This document shows positions 10,984 to 19,520 of a stretch of DNA of 64,000 nt, piece by piece. The position numbers and the translations under genes are program-made. This DNA comes from Candidatus Shapirobacteria bacterium (lineage in GTDB: Bacteria; Patescibacteriota; Microgenomatia; 0-14-0-10-38-17). The stretch covers positions 6,028 through 70,027 of the forward strand of contig JAQVIV010000001.1 in the NCBI GenBank assembly GCA_028695445.1, in the 5' to 3' direction. The notes under the pieces were generated by a model. It was not told the origin of the DNA. It ran no database searches and saw only the letters and a program-made list of their open reading frames with translations. Position 1 is the stretch's first letter. Every line of letters starts with the position of its first letter.

Positions 10984-12021
10984 TTATTCTCCCAACAGGA
11001 TAATATTGGCCTGATAGTCCAAAGAAACCCTTTCGGCTGAAGTTACCAGAGTTTGGTGGTCAATAAAGCTGGCTACGACCAGTTTTTTATGCTCCCGATC
11101 AAGCTCAGAAAAAATATCATCCAACAATAAAACCGGCCGGCGGTTAGCCGCTTGCTCCAAAAACCTTAACTGGGCTAATTTCAACCATAAAACACTCAGG
11201 CGCTGTTCCCCTCGAGAACCAAAAATAGCTAAATCTTGATTATTGGCAAAAACTAGAAAATCATCGCGGTGAGGACCGGAAAGAGTTTGGCCGGCGGCAA
11301 CTTCAACTGCCTGCTGATCAGCTAATTTTTGAGGCGAAATAATGTTGGGCTGATAACTAATCTCGTATCCGGCCGCCGATTCCTGACAATTAATAAACTC
11401 TATTAGTTTTCTTCTTTTTTGACTAATTTCCTGGCCATTATCAAGCAAAAGCCGGTCCCAAAAAAACAGGGCTTTGGGGGTGGTCTGGCCGCTCCTGATC
11501 TGTTCCAAAACTTTATTTCGAGAGCGAAGACCTTTCTGGTAAGACCGTCTGGCCCGATAGTAGTCTTGATCGGCCTGGTCTAAAACATCATCCAAAAATC
11601 GCCGCCGAAAAGAGGGGGAATCAGTAACAATATCTAAATCTTGAGGAGCAAAAAGAACCGTCAGCAAACAACCAATAAATTTAGCCTGGCTTCTTTTTAT
11701 GCCATCAAGAGAAAACTGCCTTAGGGGCGTTTTCTTACCATTAATTTCTCCCCTTGATAAAGCTGATGCCAGTTTTTGTTGTTCTTGACCCTGCTCTATT
11801 AACCCTCCAATATGAGCAACAGGAGATTGGTAATTAATCATCTGGCTAATCTTGCTAGCCCGAAAGCTTCTTCCAGTAGAAAGCAAAACTATGGCTTCTA
11901 AAAGGTTGGTTTTTCCAGAAGCATTGGGACCCAAAATGAGATTAATACCATCAGAAAAAGAAAAGCTTCTTTCTTCTTCATAATTGCGAAAACCGGTTAA
12001 AGATAATTCCTTTAAAAACAC
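10984..12021 (-). CDS. recF: DNA replication/repair protein RecF
   Basis: GPNASGKTN, GPHRDD, SRGEQR, LLLDDIFSELD. Confidence 0.95.
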   Translation of the reverse strand: MFLKELSLTGFRNYEEERSFSFSDGINLILGPNASGKTNLLEAIVLLSTGRSFRASKISQMINYQSPVAHIGGLIEQGQEQQKLASALSRGEINGKKTPLRQFSLDGIKRSQAKFIGCLLTVLFAPQDLDIVTDSPSFRRRFLDDVLDQADQDYYRARRSYQKGLRSRNKVLEQIRSGQTTPKALFFWDRLLLDNGQEISQKRRKLIEFINCQESAAGYEISYQPNIISPQKLADQQAVEVAAGQTLSGPHRDDFLVFANNQDLAIFGSRGEQRLSVLWLKLAQLRFLEQAANRRPVLLLDDIFSELDREHKKLVVASFIDHQTLVTSAERVSLDYQANIILLGE

Positions 12022-12028
12022 CCTGTTT

Positions 12029-12119
12029 AATTCCTAATTGTTCTAATTGATCTAAATAAACCCCAATTTTCAATTTTTAACTTTTAATTTTGAATTTTGA
12101 ATTTTGAATTGTTAATTAT
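12029..12119. repeat. 9-mer plus heptamer (TTTTGAA-type) tandem array downstream of mutM
   Basis: ctaattgtt/ctaattgat then ttttcaa-tttttaa-cttttaa-ttttgaa x3-ttgttaa. Confidence 0.8.
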
Positions 12120-12120
12120 T

Positions 12121-12972
12121 CTATTTCTGGCACCCGGGACACCAAAAGGTACTACGATTATTTTGTTTGATTTTTTTTACTATCCCCCCACAGGAATAAC
12201 AAGGCTTGCCCTCTCTTTGATAAACCCCAAGCTTGTTCTGATATCGGCCCGGGGAGGCGTCAGGCCTAACATAGGCCTGATCGGCGGCGCTAGTGCCGCC
12301 ATAATCAATGGCTTCGGATAAAATTTCTTTTATGGCCCGATACAGCCTGCTAATCTCTTGGTCTGAGAGTGAGTTGGCCTGGCGGCGGGGGCTAACTCTT
12401 GCCGCAAATAAAACCTCGCTAGCATAGATATTGCCAATCCCCGCCACCAATCTTTGATCTAAAAGAGCCATTTTCACAACTCGCCTGGTCCGACCCAGAC
12501 TGTTAATAAAATACCTTAAAGTAAAATCTTTTCCTAATGGCTCCGGACCAAAGTCTGCCAGTTCTACCTCCGCCTGTTTTTTAGTTAAAAGCTTGAACCA
12601 GCCAAACTTTCTCAAGTCATTAAAAAATAGCCTTGAACTATCATCAAGGTTAATAACCAGCCTGGTTGTTTTGTTGGGCAATTGATTAAGAATAAACGGC
12701 AAGGGATGACCAACACTGACCAACCTCTTCTTGTTCGATAAATAGATAATCTGGCCGGTCATTTTAAGATGAACCAGCAAGATCAGACCGTTAATATCAA
12801 TAACCAATACTTTGGCCCGCCGCCAAATTGATTTAATCTCCCGGCCAACGACCTTTTTAGGATCACCCAAAAATTGTTTTTTTTCTAAGACCTCGATCTT
12901 GGCAATCTTTTTGCCAACAATTCTTTTTTCAAGTTCTCGCCTAACTGTTTCTACTTCCGGTAATTCGGGCAC
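12121..12972 (-). CDS. mutM: Formamidopyrimidine-DNA glycosylase
   Basis: N-terminal PELPEV, HLKMTG, GIGNIYASE, C-terminal zinc finger. Confidence 0.97.
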   Translation of the reverse strand: MPELPEVETVRRELEKRIVGKKIAKIEVLEKKQFLGDPKKVVGREIKSIWRRAKVLVIDINGLILLVHLKMTGQIIYLSNKKRLVSVGHPLPFILNQLPNKTTRLVINLDDSSRLFFNDLRKFGWFKLLTKKQAEVELADFGPEPLGKDFTLRYFINSLGRTRRVVKMALLDQRLVAGIGNIYASEVLFAARVSPRRQANSLSDQEISRLYRAIKEILSEAIDYGGTSAADQAYVRPDASPGRYQNKLGVYQREGKPCYSCGGIVKKIKQNNRSTFWCPGCQK

Positions 12973-13046
12973 AATGACAATTAAAAATTGATAATTAAAA
13001 GTTAAAAGTCGAAAATCAATTGACAGTTAAAAATTCAAAGTCCAAA
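12973..13046. repeat. Heptamer array upstream of mutM, inverted relative to the 12066-12119 array
   Basis: aattaaaagttaaaa is the exact reverse complement of ttttaacttttaatt in the downstream array; 13023-13042 identical to 48789-48808. Confidence 0.7.
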
Positions 13047-13072
13047 GTAGGGGCACTCCCATGTGAGCGCCC
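13047..13072 (+). repeat. GTAG-type REP-like palindrome
   Basis: GTAG followed by GGGCACTC-ccatgt-GAGCGCCC (one mismatch). Confidence 0.55.
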
Positions 13073-13090
13073 GAATTCCAAAATTTTGGT

Positions 13091-13142
13091 CATTAAATCA
13101 TTAGGAATTGAATAGAAATTAAGAATTAGAAATTAGAAATTT
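13091..13142. repeat. Half copy of the ~110-bp AATTAGA repeat element
   Basis: cattaaatcattag...aattaagaattagaaatt matches the right half of 51112-51221. Confidence 0.7.
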
Positions 13143-13164
13143 TTTATATTGTTTGGGAATTAGG

Positions 13165-14298
13165 TCAATTGGAAATTGGTAGCTTTGAAGAATTTATTTT
13201 TAAAATAAATTCTTCAATCTCTTTTTTGAACCTTTCTTCGCTAAAATTTTTGGCCCAAGATTGAAGGATTTTTTTATCCCAGTTTATTTTATTGAAACGC
13301 TCTATTGCTTGGCTGATGGTATCAACATCGGTATCGTTGATCAAAATCCCCGTTTTGCCATCCTTAACCGACTCTCTAAAACCGCCGCCATTAAAGGCAA
13401 TTACCGGCGTACCGGCCGCTTGAGCCTCAACCACAGTAATACCAAAATCTTCATCCCGGGCTAAGGCCAAAAAGCCCCTGCTTTCAGCATAATAAGAAGC
13501 CAGTTCCTCGTCAGAAACTCGACCTAAAAATTCAACCCTCCCCTGACCAATTTTTTCTAAACGCTTCTTAAGCGTTTCATATCCTGCCGTACCGCCAATA
13601 ATTTTTAGGCAAAAACCTAAGTTCTTGGCGGCCGCAACTGCCTCTTCCAAACCCTTGGCTCCAACCAAGCGGGAAACAATTAAAAAATAGGCCTCTTTTT
13701 TAGCTTTTTGGCTGGCCTTAATAAGGCGATCTACCGCTACCGGAGGATAAATAATCTTTGACTGGACCCGATAAAATTTTTCCACTCGTCTGGCAACATT
13801 GCCTGAATTAACCAGCCAATAATTAATCTGTTGGGCTGAACGATAATCAAACTGGCGCAAAAAATGATTAACAATCAAGGCGTAGAGCCGAACCGGCCAA
13901 TATTTTTGCCAGTCTCGACTAGTTTGATAGCCATATAAAAACCTGGGCGGGGTATGACAATAGGCCACCACCTTAGTTTTCCTCCCAACCCGAAAACCCC
14001 GAGCAAAATAACCCGAACAGGAAGTAATCACTAAATCATAATCCGATAAATCCAAACTTCCCCAAATTTGAGGCATCAAAAAACGCAGCGGGCTATAAAG
14101 ATTCTTTTTCTTCAACAGGGGTCCCCAGGCGCTTTCAATGACTTTTCGATCAACAAAAGCCTGAGCAGCATCAGAATTTGGATCAATAAAGGCAGTATAA
14201 ATCGGCGCCTGAGGAAAAATATCGGCCAAAGCTCGCAAAACCCTTTCCGCTCCACCAAACTCTTTTAAATAATCATGAACTAGGGCAATCTTAACCAT
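13165..14298 (-). CDS. GT4 family glycosyltransferase
   Basis: HDYL..FGGAERV, YCHTPPR, EDFGITVVEAQAAGTPV. Confidence 0.9.
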   Translation of the reverse strand: MVKIALVHDYLKEFGGAERVLRALADIFPQAPIYTAFIDPNSDAAQAFVDRKVIESAWGPLLKKKNLYSPLRFLMPQIWGSLDLSDYDLVITSCSGYFARGFRVGRKTKVVAYCHTPPRFLYGYQTSRDWQKYWPVRLYALIVNHFLRQFDYRSAQQINYWLVNSGNVARRVEKFYRVQSKIIYPPVAVDRLIKASQKAKKEAYFLIVSRLVGAKGLEEAVAAAKNLGFCLKIIGGTAGYETLKKRLEKIGQGRVEFLGRVSDEELASYYAESRGFLALARDEDFGITVVEAQAAGTPVIAFNGGGFRESVKDGKTGILINDTDVDTISQAIERFNKINWDKKILQSWAKNFSEERFKKEIEEFILKINSSKLPISN

Positions 14299-14310
14299 AC
14301 CGTGATAACT

Positions 14311-15195
14311 TTAAAATAAATTCATCTGTTCGTTCTTCCTTTCCAGATCCGCCATAAGAGAGCGAAATCCCAAAGAAGAAAAGGCTGATTTCAACTCCTG
14401 GGCATTGACCCGATCAAGACGGTAATTGGTTAAATCAACCTTAATGGGTACCTGGCAGTTAATTTTAGCCAAATCGGCCGACAGGAAAACATCATCCTGA
14501 TAGGAAACCAGCTTTTCTCTTATCGCACAAGAATCAATTTTAGCCAGATTATCATAAATCGCCCCCAAGGTCCCAAAGCAATTTAATAACTTAACTCCGG
14601 TCTTGGGGCCAATTCCCAAAGCGCCTGGATAATTATCCGAATTGTCCCCCACCAACCCCTTATAATCAACTACCTGACCGGGCTTAATGCCCAGATCTTT
14701 TTTAACAAAGACAGAGTCAACAATTTGGCCGCCAGACAAACCGTTCCTTGGTAAAAATAAATTAATCCTCTCATCAACTAACTGCATTAAATCTCTATCG
14801 CCGGTAACAATTAACACCGGCAGTTTTTTGCTAACTCTTTTGGCTACCGTACCAATAACATCATCGGCCTCAAAGCCGGTTTTTTGCTTATTGGCGATTT
14901 TGGCTCGATTTAAAATCTCTCTTACCAAACCAATCTGGCTAGCCAATTTCGGGTCGGTTTTGGGCCTTTTGGCTTGGTAACCGACAAATTTTTCGTGACG
15001 AAAATTGGGCCCGGGGGCATCAAGAGCAACAAGAAAGTAGTCGGGAGAAAAATCGGCCCAAAGTTTAAAAATCATTTTGAAAAACCCATAAACGGCTCCG
15101 GTTGGCTGACCGCCGGGAGCCGTTAAGGCCGGTAGGGCGTGAAAGGCACGGTGCAAAACAGCATGGCCATCAACAATAATCAACTGCTTATTCAT
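14311..15195 (-). CDS. Stand-alone 5'-3' exonuclease / flap endonuclease (PolA N-terminal domain)
   Basis: VDGH...RAFHA, EADDVIGT, TGDRD, GDNSDN.PG..GIGPK; C-terminal QMNLF clamp-binding-like motif; ATG 15195 overlaps the ftsH stop. Confidence 0.88.
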   Translation of the reverse strand: MNKQLIIVDGHAVLHRAFHALPALTAPGGQPTGAVYGFFKMIFKLWADFSPDYFLVALDAPGPNFRHEKFVGYQAKRPKTDPKLASQIGLVREILNRAKIANKQKTGFEADDVIGTVAKRVSKKLPVLIVTGDRDLMQLVDERINLFLPRNGLSGGQIVDSVFVKKDLGIKPGQVVDYKGLVGDNSDNYPGALGIGPKTGVKLLNCFGTLGAIYDNLAKIDSCAIREKLVSYQDDVFLSADLAKINCQVPIKVDLTNYRLDRVNAQELKSAFSSLGFRSLMADLERKNEQMNLF

Positions 15196-17056
15196 TGGAT
15201 TTCCTTTTTTTGCCAACCACCCTCTCAAACTCCGCCTGATCAAGAGTTTCTTTAACCAGCAGCTCTTTGGCCAATCTGATTAGGATTTTCTTATTCTCCT
15301 TTAATATTGTCTTGGCCTGACGATAAGCTTTTTTAATAATGGCTTCTATTTCTCCATCAATCCTGGCTTTCATTTTGGCCGATACTGAATCAACAACCAA
15401 CCATTCTTCTTCCCCGTCCTGACCATCCCAAGTAACTGGTCCCAAAGAACTCATACCAAAATCAACTACCATACTTCGGGCCAGCCGATTAGCCTTTTTA
15501 ATATCATCAGAAGCCCCGGTTGTCATCTCTGAAAAAACCAATTCTTCAGCGGCTCGTCCGCCCAATAGAACCGACAATCTTTCCATGAGTCGAGTTTTAG
15601 TCTCCTGGGTTCGATCTTGAATTGGAGAAATCATCGTATGACCCAGGGTTAAACCTCGGGCAACAATAGAAACTCGACCAATAGGATCAACATTAGGCAA
15701 AAGATGAGCAATTAAGGCATGTCCCGATTCGTGATAGGCGGCAATTTTCCGTTCTTGTTCTGATTGTAATCTTTTCTTTTGCGGTCCTAGTTTTACTTTA
15801 GTGGCCGCCTCTTCTAAATCCTCCATTTCGATTGCCTTTTTGTTAGCTCTGGCCGCCAAAATTGCTGCTTCATTGAGCATATTCTCTAGATCAGCCCCAG
15901 AAAAACCGACTGTTTGCTTGGCCGCCTTTTCCCAGTCAACGGATTTATCAAAAGGTTTCCCCTGAGCATGAATTTTCAAAATCGCCCCCCGCCCCTGAAT
16001 ATCAGGCATATCCAAAACCACCCGCCGGTCAAAACGACCAGGCCGAAGCAGAGCCGAATCCAAAAGATCGGGGCGATTTGAAGCTCCAATGACAATCACG
16101 TTATCGTTGGGGGAAAAACCATCCATCTCTACCAGCATCTGGTTTAAGGTTTGTTCTCTTTCGTCATGACCGCTGCTAACAGTCCGAGATCGCGATCGGC
16201 CAATGCTTTCAATTTCATCAATAAAAATAATGGCCGGGGCGTTCTTTTTGGCTGTTTCAAATAAATCGCGCATTCGGGCCGAACCAACCCCGACCAACAT
16301 TTCCATAAATTCTGAACCGGCCATAGAATAAAAGGGGACATTAGCTTCTCCGGCTACTGCCCGAGCCAACAGGGTCTTACCGGTTCCCGGCGGCCCAACT
16401 AACAGCACTCCTTTGGGTGTTCTGGCCCCTAAGCGGCGATATTTAGCAGGATGTTTCAAGAAATCTACCACTTCTTCCAGTTCATTTTTGGCCTCATCAA
16501 CACCAGCCACGTCCGCAAAAGTAGCATCTTGCTTGCCCTTAAAAAATTGCCTTGCTTTGGATTTGCCAAAAGAAAAAATCGAGTCTTGAGCTCCTCGGGC
16601 CTGTTTAAAAGTAAAGTAAAAAAAGGCTCCAATCAAAACGAGCGGAATAATGGTTAACAAAATGTCAATCCAAATTTGCGATAGGCTTTCGTCTTTAACC
16701 TTAATTTCTAATTCTGATGGATCAATCCCCTCCTGTTGCAAAAGACTCACCAGACTATCGCCAGATTCTTTTCTGGTGGTGGTAAAAGATTGATCTTGAT
16801 AGTAAAGATCAATCTGGTTGCCGGAAATTTCAATTTTCTCGACTTTTTCGTTTTTTATATCAGAAAGGGCCTGAGAGAAGGAAATCTCTTCTGGTGAAAT
16901 AGCAAAATTTGCCAAAGCCCCTAAAAGCCAAAAGATTAAAAAAATCGCCAAAACCCAAGTCAAAATCTTTTTAAGATCTATCTTTATCTCTACTTTTTTA
17001 AACTTCTTTTGGGATAATTCGGAGAAGGGGTTGGTTTTTTTGTCTTTTTCAGGCAT
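15188..17056 (-). CDS. ftsH: ATP-dependent zinc metalloprotease FtsH
   Basis: Two TMs, [22 protein letters not shown]. Confidence 0.97.
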   Translation of the reverse strand: MPEKDKKTNPFSELSQKKFKKVEIKIDLKKILTWVLAIFLIFWLLGALANFAISPEEISFSQALSDIKNEKVEKIEISGNQIDLYYQDQSFTTTRKESGDSLVSLLQQEGIDPSELEIKVKDESLSQIWIDILLTIIPLVLIGAFFYFTFKQARGAQDSIFSFGKSKARQFFKGKQDATFADVAGVDEAKNELEEVVDFLKHPAKYRRLGARTPKGVLLVGPPGTGKTLLARAVAGEANVPFYSMAGSEFMEMLVGVGSARMRDLFETAKKNAPAIIFIDEIESIGRSRSRTVSSGHDEREQTLNQMLVEMDGFSPNDNVIVIGASNRPDLLDSALLRPGRFDRRVVLDMPDIQGRGAILKIHAQGKPFDKSVDWEKAAKQTVGFSGADLENMLNEAAILAARANKKAIEMEDLEEAATKVKLGPQKKRLQSEQERKIAAYHESGHALIAHLLPNVDPIGRVSIVARGLTLGHTMISPIQDRTQETKTRLMERLSVLLGGRAAEELVFSEMTTGASDDIKKANRLARSMVVDFGMSSLGPVTWDGQDGEEEWLVVDSVSAKMKARIDGEIEAIIKKAYRQAKTILKENKKILIRLAKELLVKETLDQAEFERVVGKKRKSNE

Positions 17057-17119
17057 GGGTATATTGTATCAAATCAGCCACTAATAAAGTAGGGTTTCTC
17101 CCAAATATCTAATTCCAAG

Positions 17120-17162
17120 GGTCCGAAGCTATCCGACCCCAGGGGTCGAACGGCTTCGGACC
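17120..17162. repeat. GC-rich intergenic hairpin (REP-like)
   Basis: GGTCCGAAGC...GCTTCGGACC enclosing CGACCCC-a-GGGGTCG. Confidence 0.7.
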
Positions 17163-17238
17163 TCTAAAAAATCTTAAAAAATGATAGGCATAAGCGTAAT
17201 TTACCCAAAAGTCGGATTTTCTCCTAAATACTGCATTA

Positions 17239-17247
17239 TGCTATAAT
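17239..17247 (+). promoter_or_regulatory. Extended -10 promoter of the tRNA-Met locus
   Basis: TGcTATAAT 12 nt upstream of the tRNA 5' end. Confidence 0.6.
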
Positions 17248-17259
17248 ATTTTTTAAACG

Positions 17260-17329
17260 TGCGGGGTAGTGTACGGTGGCACGTGAGGCTCATAATCTCA
17301 CAGATCAGGTTCAACTCCTGACCCCGCAA
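17260..17329 (+). tRNA. tRNA-Met (CAT), initiator-like acceptor stem, atypical
   Basis: TGCGGGG/CCCCGCA acceptor, GTGT/GCAC D stem, TGAGG-CTCATAA-TCTCA, TCAGG-TTCAACT-CCTGA. Confidence 0.85.
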
Positions 17330-17513
17330 CATTGGCCGTTAATTTTTAGCCATTGGTCGTTGGCAATTTGAAAAATAAATAATTAAAGACTGTTTGAGAT
17401 CTGGGGGGGTTGGGTGGTGAACCTGATAAAAGATTCCTCATTGATGATGCATCAACCGACAATCGTGGTGTTGTTACACCAACCAACAAAACAAGAAAAA
17501 GGCTGGTGTCATC

Positions 17514-17537
17514 TTCAACTCCTGACCCCGCAACATT
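17514..17537 (+). repeat. Direct repeat of the tRNA-Met 3' end (att-like)
   Basis: ttcaactcctgaccccgcaacatt identical to 17310-17333, starting at the T-loop. Confidence 0.9.
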
Positions 17538-17977
17538 AGTCGTTAGTCTTTAGTCCTTGGTCGTTGGTTCCTGATACTTTTTCTCTTTCCGAAAATGTAT
17601 AAATTCGAAAAATTAAGGGTTTGGCAATCGGCGATGGATTTGGTAGTTGAAGTTTACAAATTCACAAAACAGCTACCCAAAGAGGAAACTTATGGCCTAA
17701 GAGACCAAATAAGAAGAGCAAGCGTTTCTATTGCTTTAAACATTGCCGAAGGGACGGGAGATAAAAGCGACAAAGAATTAATAAGATATCTTTATTTATC
17801 TAAAAAGTCTCTTTTTGAAACAATAACCGGATTAAAGCTTACTCAAAGAATTTATCAACTAAAGCCAGAACAAATTTTAAAAAATTGCGATAACCTTGGT
17901 AGATCGCTTCAAGCTTTAATAAACTCTTTATCTAAAAGCCAAAAACTAAAGACTAACGACTAAAGACCAAGGACTAA
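17536..17977 (+). mobile_element. Four-helix-bundle cassette bounded by inverted heptamer (TTAGTCN/NGACTAA) arms
   Basis: 17536-17554 is the perfect reverse complement of 17945-17963; 17550-17562 of 17965-17977; mobility is inferred. Confidence 0.6.
17595..17963 (+). CDS. Four helix bundle protein (23S rRNA IVS protein / bAvd-like family)
   Basis: FEKLRVWQ, P.EE.YGL.DQIRRASVSI.LNIAEG signature. Confidence 0.92.
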   Translation: MYKFEKLRVWQSAMDLVVEVYKFTKQLPKEETYGLRDQIRRASVSIALNIAEGTGDKSDKELIRYLYLSKKSLFETITGLKLTQRIYQLKPEQILKNCDNLGRSLQALINSLSKSQKLKTND

Positions 17978-17980
17978 CCT

Positions 17981-18054
17981 GGCAGGGTAGCTCAGGTGGT
18001 TAGAGCAGGCGAATCATAACCGTCAGGTCGTCGGTTCAAATCCGACCCCTGCCA
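17981..18054 (+). tRNA. tRNA-Met (CAT), elongator type
   Basis: GGCAGGG/CCCTGCC acceptor, GCTC/GAGC D arm, ATCATAA loop, GTCGG-TTCAAAT-CCGAC. Confidence 0.92.
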
Positions 18055-18132
18055 CTTTAGGCTATCAAAGAAATCGGGTTATTAAAGAAAAAAGTTATTT
18101 CTTCTTCCAGCCCGATCTCGTTTTTTAGCTTA

Positions 18133-18169
18133 TAGGGATGGTGTGAACGATGTTCACACCATAGCCCTA
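18133..18169. terminator. Strong hairpin between the convergent tRNA and FtsB-like gene
   Basis: TAGGG-ATGGTGTGAAC-gat-GTTCACACCAT-ag-CCCTA. Confidence 0.55.
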
Positions 18170-18529
18170 AAAGATAATTCCCCTAAAAAATAATTCCCAC
18201 CATTGCCGCCAGGGGGGCAGCCAATCTTTAGAGTCAGCGGTCACTTTTTCTATTCCAAAAATATCTTCTGGCAAGATCAAGACTGTTTCGTCCTTAGTCA
18301 AGCCCAAGCTATTACGCGCTTCTTGTTCTAAAAATTGCTCCGTCTTAACATAATCGAGCTGTGCCCTGAGCTGTTCATTGCTTTCTCTTAGAGCTTCCAG
18401 ATCCTGTTTTTCTTTTCTGACTACCAGACCCCGATTGACAAGATTAACGGTGTTGCTGGATAAAGAAACAATAGCAAAAAGCAAAAACAACAATAGCAGA
18501 ATTTTAAAGACTTTCCCCATGGTTGACAT
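18167..18529 (-). CDS. Septum formation initiator (FtsB/DivIC-like)
   Basis: N-terminal TM, coiled coil, EQEARNSLGL, W..WWELFF tail; start probably 18529 or 18520. Confidence 0.75.
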   Translation of the reverse strand: MSTMGKVFKILLLLFLLFAIVSLSSNTVNLVNRGLVVRKEKQDLEALRESNEQLRAQLDYVKTEQFLEQEARNSLGLTKDETVLILPEDIFGIEKVTADSKDWLPPWRQWWELFFRGIIF

Positions 18530-18647
18530 AGAGGCCGATCCGGTGTTATTATAAGCTATAAATGAGCTTAATTTCTTCACTGGCAAGCTTTTCCTTAAAT
18601 AAAAAGGCTCCCACAATCAATAAAGTAGGCTATTTTTAAACAAACAA

Positions 18648-19520
18648 ATGAACAACAACCTAACCTCTCTTGATGGGGCCATAAGTAAATTCCTAACTCG
18701 CTTGAAAAACGAGAACCGTTCCAGCAACACTATCATAGCATACGAAAACGACCTTAAACAGCTAGTCGAATTCATTGGCCAAGATAATGTTGTCAACGCC
18801 AATCAAATCGGTACCGACCATATTAAAAATTTTAAAAATTACCTCCTAAAAGAAAAAAAATACACTAACAAAACCGTTTCCCGAAAATTAAATTCTATTA
18901 AGTCTCTTTTTCGTTTTTTGACCGCTTCCGGGGTGATTAGCCAAGATCCCGCCAACAATATCACTCATCCAAAAATCAGTCAAAAACCACCACGAATTCT
19001 TTCTCCCCTAGAATACCGCGCCCTAAGAGATGTTTGTCGAGACGACCCAAGAAGCTATGCCATTATCGAGCTTATGCTTCAAGCGGGTTTGCGAATTTCT
19101 GAGGCGGCCAACCTAGAAGTAACCGATATCCAAGAAGATAAAATTATTGTCCGCCCCTACGAATCCCACGGAGGGCGAGTCATTCCCTTAAATAGAGCGG
19201 CCAAAAAGGCGATTGAAGATTACTTGGAAGAACGACCCAAAACCAAAAAATCAACCAACTTGTTTATTACCAAAAACGGCAATCCTTTGCTGGTAAGAAA
19301 CATCAGAAACAGCATCAATCGCTATTTCAAAATTGCTGAAATTGCCGATGTTTATGTTAATAACCTGCGCGATACTTTTGTTGTCCAGCAATTAAAAGCC
19401 GGCGTTCCTCTAAACATTGTCTCCCAAATTATCGGCCATAAGCGAGTTTCTTCAACTGAAAAATATTTAGAGCTAGTCGAAGAAAGAGAAACTGATAATA
19501 TCAAACTAAAAGAGCTCTAG
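18648..19520 (+). CDS. XerC/XerD-like tyrosine recombinase
   Basis: S.NTI.AY..DL, GLRISE, NLRDTF (HxxR variant), GH....TEKY. Confidence 0.88.
   Translation: MNNNLTSLDGAISKFLTRLKNENRSSNTIIAYENDLKQLVEFIGQDNVVNANQIGTDHIKNFKNYLLKEKKYTNKTVSRKLNSIKSLFRFLTASGVISQDPANNITHPKISQKPPRILSPLEYRALRDVCRDDPRSYAIIELMLQAGLRISEAANLEVTDIQEDKIIVRPYESHGGRVIPLNRAAKKAIEDYLEERPKTKKSTNLFITKNGNPLLVRNIRNSINRYFKIAEIADVYVNNLRDTFVVQQLKAGVPLNIVSQIIGHKRVSSTEKYLELVEERETDNIKLKEL

Noticed and set aside
17260-17537. Intron-containing or permuted tRNA
   Set aside because: The first tRNA is complete and contiguous; the second 3' end lacks the 5' T-stem strand
17595-17963. Diversity-generating retroelement (Avd-like protein)
   Set aside because: No reverse transcriptase and no TR/VR pair with adenine-specific mismatches seen in the window
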